Shown here: positions 48,663 through 53,922 of the stretch, in pieces
How the letters are laid out: every line of letters begins with the position of its first letter
Numbering within the stretch: position 1 is the first letter of the stretch
Assembly (NCBI GenBank): GCA_002269645.1
Contig: NIVC01004233.1
Coordinates: forward strand, 1-53,922
Direction: 5' to 3'
From: Macrostomum lignano
Lineage: Eukaryota
Length of the DNA stretch: 53,922 bases
The notes under the pieces: model-generated
The model's input: only the letters and a program-made list of their open reading frames with translations
What the model was told of the DNA's origin: nothing
The model's database searches: none
Program-made: the position numbers and the translations under genes

Positions 48663-49350
48663 GCTGTTGCTGTTGTTATTGTTTTGTCATTGGGATTGTT
48701 GCTGTTGTTGTTGTTGTTGTCGTTGTTTTGTCATTGGGATTGTTCCTGTTGTTGTTGCTGTTTTGTCACTGGGATTGTTCCTGTTGTTGTTGCTGTTTTG
48801 TCACTGGATTGTTCCTGTTGTTGTTGTTGTTTTGTCACTGGGATTGTTCCTGTTGTTGTTGCTGTTTTGTCACTGGGATTGTTCCTGTTGTTGTTGTTGT
48901 TTTGTCACTGGATTGTTCCTGTTGTTGTTGCTGTTTTGTCACTGGGATTGTTCCTGTTGTTGTTGCTGTTTTGTCACTGGGATTGTTCCTGTTGTTGTTG
49001 TTGTTTTGTCACTGGGATTGTTCCTGTTGTTGTTGTTGTTTTGTCACTGGGATTGTTCCTGTTGTTGTTGTTGTTTTGTCACTGGGATTGTTCCTGTTGT
49101 TGTTGTTGTTTTGTCACTGGGATTGTTCCTGTTGTTGTTGTTGTTTTGTCACTGGGATTGTTCCTGTTGTTGTTGCTGTTTTGTCACTGGGATTGTTCCT
49201 GTTGTTGTTGTTGTTTTGTCACTGGGATTGTTCCTGTTGTTGTTGTTGTTTTGTCACTGGGATTTTTCCTGTTGTTGTTGTTGTGTTGTCACTGGGATTG
49301 TTCCTGTTGTTGTTGTTGTTTTGTCACTGGGATTTTTGCTGTTGTTGTTG
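48419..49350. repeat. (GTT)n-based minisatellite of about 33-36 bp; further remnants at 42843-42925 and 47541-47777
   Basis: Unit TTTTGTCA(C/T)TGGGATTGTT(C/G)CTGTTGTTGTTG; the same motif flanks both LINE insertions. Confidence 0.93.
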
Positions 49351-49513
49351 TTGTTGCTTTTGGCCATGGTGGTTTTTTTTACCTATTTTTACTGTTTTTG
49401 TTTTTTTGTTGTTTTTATCGGCTGTTTCCGTCAGCTTCAGAATTTGCTTTCAGTATATTTGCAATGATCTTTTCGATTTTTTAAAACATTATACTGTACA
49501 GTATCCACTGCCA

Positions 49514-49865
49514 CCGCCATCTTAACATCAAATCAATTTACAAAGACATCTATCATATGCTGCAGACACGGAGAAGGTGGGACAGCTCGTTTGTTGCCAA
49601 TAGCAACCACTGCTAAGCCTCCGGTAAGACGATATTATGAAATTATGAAATTCACCTGCAAGCCCAGCTTGATTGGCTATCGAACCGCCATTGGCTGCGG
49701 ACCAAAAAATTTGCTGAATAATGATTGTACTTTATATAAGCAGCATTGGCCGCCTGCAGCAGCGTCTGCTTTGCTTGCAGAAATTGGGAGCGATTGGCTA
49801 ATAAAGGTGGCCTCACAAACTGCAGAACCGTTGAAATTAATAACTCTGCTGCTTGCCAATGAGAT
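49514..49865. promoter_or_regulatory. Candidate promoter: CCAAT/ATTGG cluster plus YY1-like motif
   Basis: ATTGG near 49672, 49690, 49745, 49783, 49793; CCAAT near 49597 and 49857; CCGCCATCTT at 49514-23; TTTATATAAG near 49731. Motif matches only. Confidence 0.3.
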
Positions 49866-49899
49866 TTGGGTTACGGCAATCGTGCGGTAAGTTCAGTCC

Positions 49900-50000
49900 G
49901 TGTCTGTCAGTCTGTCTTAGTGTCTGTCTTAGTGTCTGTTTGTCTGTCTGTCTGTCTGTGTGTCTGTCTGTGTGTCTGTCTGTCTGTCTGTCTGTCTGTG

Positions 50001-50065
<65 letters not shown>

Positions 50066-50144
50066 TTCTGTCTGTCTTAGTGTATGTCTGTCTTTCTGTC
50101 TGTCTTAGTGTCTGTCTGTCTGTCTGTCTGTCTGTCTTAGTGTA

Positions 50145-50185
<41 letters not shown>

Positions 50186-50608
50186 TTCTGTCTGTCTTAG
50201 TGTATGTCTGTCTGTCTGTCTGTCTGTCTGTCTTAGTGTATGTCTGTCTGTCTGTCTGTCTTAGTGTATGTCTGTCTGTCTGTCTGTCTTAGTGTATGTC
50301 TGTCTGTCTGTCTGTCTGTCTTAGTGTATGTCTGTCTGTCTGTCTGTCTGTCTTAGTGTATGTCTGTCTGTCTGTCTGTCTGTATGTCTTAGTGTATGTC
50401 TGTCTGTCTGTCTGTCTGTCTGTATGTCTTAGTGTATGTCTGTCTGTCTGTCTGTCTGTCTGTATGTCTTAGTGTATGTCTGTCTGTCTGTCTGTCTGTC
50501 TTAGTGGATGTCTGTATGTCTGTCTGTCTTAGTGTATGTCTGTCTGTCTGTCTGTCTGTCTGTATGTCTTAGTGTATGTCTGTCTGTCTGTCTGTCTGTC
50601 TTAGTGTA

Positions 50609-50684
<76 letters not shown>

Positions 50685-50685
50685 A
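49900..50685. repeat. (TGTC)n microsatellite with TTAGTGTATG interruptions
   Basis: Direct reading. Confidence 0.95.
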
Positions 50686-51189
50686 ATCTGTCTGGGATTT
50701 GTGAACCCCTCCTGCTTTCCTTGTCAAAGCGTTATATTTTTTAACTTTTTTTCAATTTCCTTATTCTTCCATAATCTTTTCTAATCCACCGCTAATCTCA
50801 ATCATGTTTTTCTTCTCCACTGAGGTTTCCTCATCAAGAAAGTAGCATAAGAGCGTATATTGCATCTATCAGATGAGAATATACTTCAGTCAGTTAATCA
50901 GTATTTATTTAATTCAGCAGAAATAGACACTGCTCTTATCGTTGAAAAGGCAACAAGCCTTGTGTGACCAAATTTGCTGAATTTCTGTGCGTGGGCAGCT
51001 GACCGCGCTGACGGCTGCCCTCCCCCCCCCCAGGCTCCCTGAAGAGTCACCGCATCAATTGCCAGAACCAATTCGTCTAAACTGATGTTGACTTGCCCGC
51101 CGTCTCTACGAAATTGTTAATGTGATTGGCGTTGACATTGATGAGGCTGCATTTCAGCACCGGGGTCAATTGAGGGCAATAGTTTTACT

Positions 51190-51600
51190 CTCTCGCTGAG
51201 TTGCCTCTATGGCCTCTCACTGAGTGTCTCTATGGCCTCTCACTGAGTGCCTCTATGGCCTCTCACTGAGTGCCTCTATGGCCTCTCACTGAGTGCCTCT
51301 ATGGCATCTCACTGAGTGTCTCTATGGCCTCTCACTGAGTGCCTCTACGAGCGTATGGCCTCTCACTGAGTGCCTCTATGGCCTCTCACTGAGTGCCTCT
51401 ATGGCCTCTCACTGAGTGCCTCTATGGCCTCTCACTGAGTGTCTCTATGGCCTCTCACTGAGTGCCTCTATGGCCTCTCACTGAGTGCCTCTCTGGCCTC
51501 ACATTGAGTGCCTCTCTGGCCTCTCACTGAGTGCCTCTCTGGCCTCTCACTGAGTGTCTCTATGGCATCTCACTGAGTGCCTCTCTGGCCTCTCACTGAG
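51190..51600. repeat. 23-bp minisatellite
   Basis: Unit CTCACTGAGTGCCTCTATGGCCT. Confidence 0.93.
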
Positions 51601-52019
51601 CGCCTTTCTGGCTTAACATTAAGATCTATTTTAAAATTCTGTGTGAATACAAATTTTTACCTTGCAGCTCGTATTACAAATATAGTAATTAATATATATT
51701 TTTCATTCCCTTCATACTACATTTTTTTGCTTGATTGCATTCTGAGCGATCGTGAGCGAGGTTAATGACAAATACGCTGGTAGAGCAAGCGCCAGCTTGA
51801 CTGATTGCTTTGCTAGGTGATAAATTCAGGCAAAATATTTCAAAGCTCTAGAGCGTAACTAGAGAATTGTCTACTAGTAAGCCTGAGAGTAAAAGAAGTG
51901 AGCCAGCCAGAATCCACTTTTTATCCATATCAAGGATCATCAATAATTAATTCTCTCAATCTACCAGTAGAGCCAAATATACCTTAGTTTCAATCGTTCG
52001 CGCTCCATCACCCAATTTT

Positions 52020-52330
52020 CTCCGCAGCCACCCCGCTTCGCGGCCGGCCCCACTCCACGACCACCTCACTCCGCAGCCACCTCACTCCGCAGCCACCCCG
52101 CCCGCTCCGCGGCCACCTCACTCCGCAGCCACCGCAGCCCCGCTCCGCAGCCACCCCACTCCGCAGCCACCCCGCTCCGCGGCCAACCCCACCACTCTGC
52201 AGCCACCGCAGCCCCGCTCCGCAGCCACTCCACTCCGCAGCCACCTCACTCCGCAGCCACCTCACTCCGCAGCCACTCCACTCCGCGGCTAACCCCACTC
52301 TGCAGCCACCTCTCTCCGCGGCCACCCCAC
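52020..52330. repeat. C-rich minisatellite of about 16 bp
   Basis: Unit CCGCAGCCACCTCACT. Confidence 0.9.
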
Positions 52331-52431
52331 TTCACATTCACCTTACTCCTCATCCCCGTATCTTTAATTAATTAATAATTAATTGGTCAAAATAGCCAAT
52401 GCTCCTATCTATGTTTACAACCCCCCGGCAG

Positions 52432-52732
52432 CGCCATTCGCCGCAGCACTGCTGCTGTCGTCGCGACACTTCACTGCCTTCAACTGCCGACAACCGAGGC
52501 CTTTTCAGTTCGTCAACAGGAGACCGACTCTGACGTCTTTTACCCTGACAACGGGAACTATGACGTAGAAGAATTAAAAATGATGCCCACCTACAAGAAG
52601 CGATTGTCCTCTTCGTTGTCAGGAATTCCCACATTCGGCGAGTACATCCCCATGGACGAAGCCACAATCCAATACCTGCTGCGGGAGCAGCAACGGCGGC
52701 TCGAACGAAGCGCTCCAGGTTTTATTGGCTGA
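52432..52732 (+). CDS. Candidate coding exon, possibly a secreted prohormone-like peptide
   Basis: Stop-free frame 52379-52732 (not in the ORF track): ...RRSTAAVVATLHCLQLPTTEA-FSVRQQETDSDVFYPDNGNYDVEELKMMPTYKKR-LSSSLSGIPTFGEYIPMDEATIQYLLREQQRR-LERSAPGFIG-stop; acceptor-like ccccggcag. No family recognised. Confidence 0.3.
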
Positions 52733-52954
52733 AAAGTTTCTTGTTGACGAAACCATGAAAAATCTTATGCAAATCAAAGGAGTCTGTGTGCCGCTATTGA
52801 AAAATGGTAGAATAAACTTGAATTAATAACTGTTGGCAAGCAGTGCTTTGGGTTTATCAGCTGTTTTGTTCTTATAGTATTTTACCTGTACGCAAATGCA
52901 AGTGTTTCAGAGCGAAGCTGAATGCATGAGGACAGTTGAAACAGAAAGAGAGGA

Positions 52955-53260
52955 GAGTGAAGATTGTCAGAGGAGAAAGGGATAAGGGAGGAGAAGAAGG
53001 AGAAAATAGAGGAGAGGAGAGAGGAGAGGAGATAGAAGAGCTGAGAGGAGAGGAGAGGAGAGAGGAGAGAAGAGACGAGAGAGGAGAGAAGAGACTAGAG
53101 AGGAGACGAGAGACGAGAGAGGAGAGAGGAGAGAGGAGAGAGAGAGAGGAGAGACGAGAGAGGAGAGAGAGAGAGAGGAGAGGAAAGAGGAGACGAGAGA
53201 GGGGAGAGGAGAGAGAGGAGACGAGACGAGAGAGGAGAGAGGAGAGGAAGGAGAAGACAA
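52955..53260. repeat. (GAGAG)n purine tract
   Basis: Direct reading. Confidence 0.93.
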
Positions 53261-53922
53261 AAGACACCAATGAGAAGCAGGTACCGAAGTGAATGAGACA
53301 CGCAGCTACAAAGAACTGGATGCAAGCAAAGCAGAGAGAAATGATTGGATGTCAAGCAATGCGCAAATTGAATTGCACTAATAGCGATGACAAATCCCAC
53401 AAAAATGCCTGCACGAGCTTATCTGCTCAACAGTTTTATCGGTAGCAAACTCAACTTCGGCGTACGTCTGCAGCTATAAACATTACAGCCTGCGCTGCCC
53501 GCAGGCGGTTACAACTGTTAAACATATACTGGGATAATATTAGTGAGGAAAGGGAACGCAGTACTGATATTCAGTGGGAACAACCGTTCCCCAGCCAGTT
53601 CTAATTAGGAAATGCCTTTTTTCAAGGTTGTGGAGACAGGCCGCGAAAAAAGCATGATTTAGCAAACACCTTAATCCGTGAAGCTTCATTAAGCCTCGCA
53701 GCGATTGGCTCTTCATTTTGTTTAAACGGCGGGCAAGCCAAGGTATTCTTTGCCGTTCTTTGCGCGTTCAAGATTGGTTGTAGATTTAATTTTTTCAAGC
53801 GCTTACACTGCGAATTTCAACGTACGAGCGGCAGTCCTACAAATGTTCTGCACTGATTCAATTCACTAAAATGCTGCGAAATTCTGGTTCAAAGAGTGCA
53901 ATCAGCGTGTCTCAAGGACTAC

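Noticed and set aside
48456-49525. 330-340-aa Cys/Val/Leu-rich ORFs in three frames
   Set aside because: Translations of the (GTT)n minisatellite.

Overview
Eukaryotic (animal) genomic DNA, very rich in repeats. The style (GC-rich exons, introns filled with minisatellites) resembles the flatworm Macrostomum, but the organism cannot be established from the sequence. Two host genes lie on the + strand. (1) A complete 12-exon EMC1 (CDS 10718-28730, 3033 nt, 1010 aa), reconstructed by hand with phase-consistent GT-AG junctions; its signal-peptide exon is absent from the ORF track. (2) A two-exon MCTP (three C2 domains plus TM region, 36082-39335) carrying one 1-bp frameshift. Most other long ORFs in the track are artefacts of tandem repeats. 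Mobile DNA with visible boundaries: a 2.7-kb non-autonomous hAT element (8-bp TSD) with nested inverted repeats; a hAT-like MITE; mariner and hAT transposase fossils; an orphan PHD-type LINE ORF1 head-to-head with EMC1; a solo LTR (4-bp TSD) inside an intronic minisatellite; a Harbinger-type MITE (CTG TSD); and a cluster of RNase H-bearing LINEs. Highlights: (a) two different RNase H-type LINE insertions sit in the same orientation in one (CAA)n-based minisatellite, suggesting target specificity; (b) the larger one has an unusual RNaseH-APE-RT-RNaseH-CCHC layout; (c) 8 of 11 EMC1 introns each hold their own private minisatellite, one being an about 40-fold amplified branch-point/pyrimidine module forming an AG-free zone over 1.1 kb.
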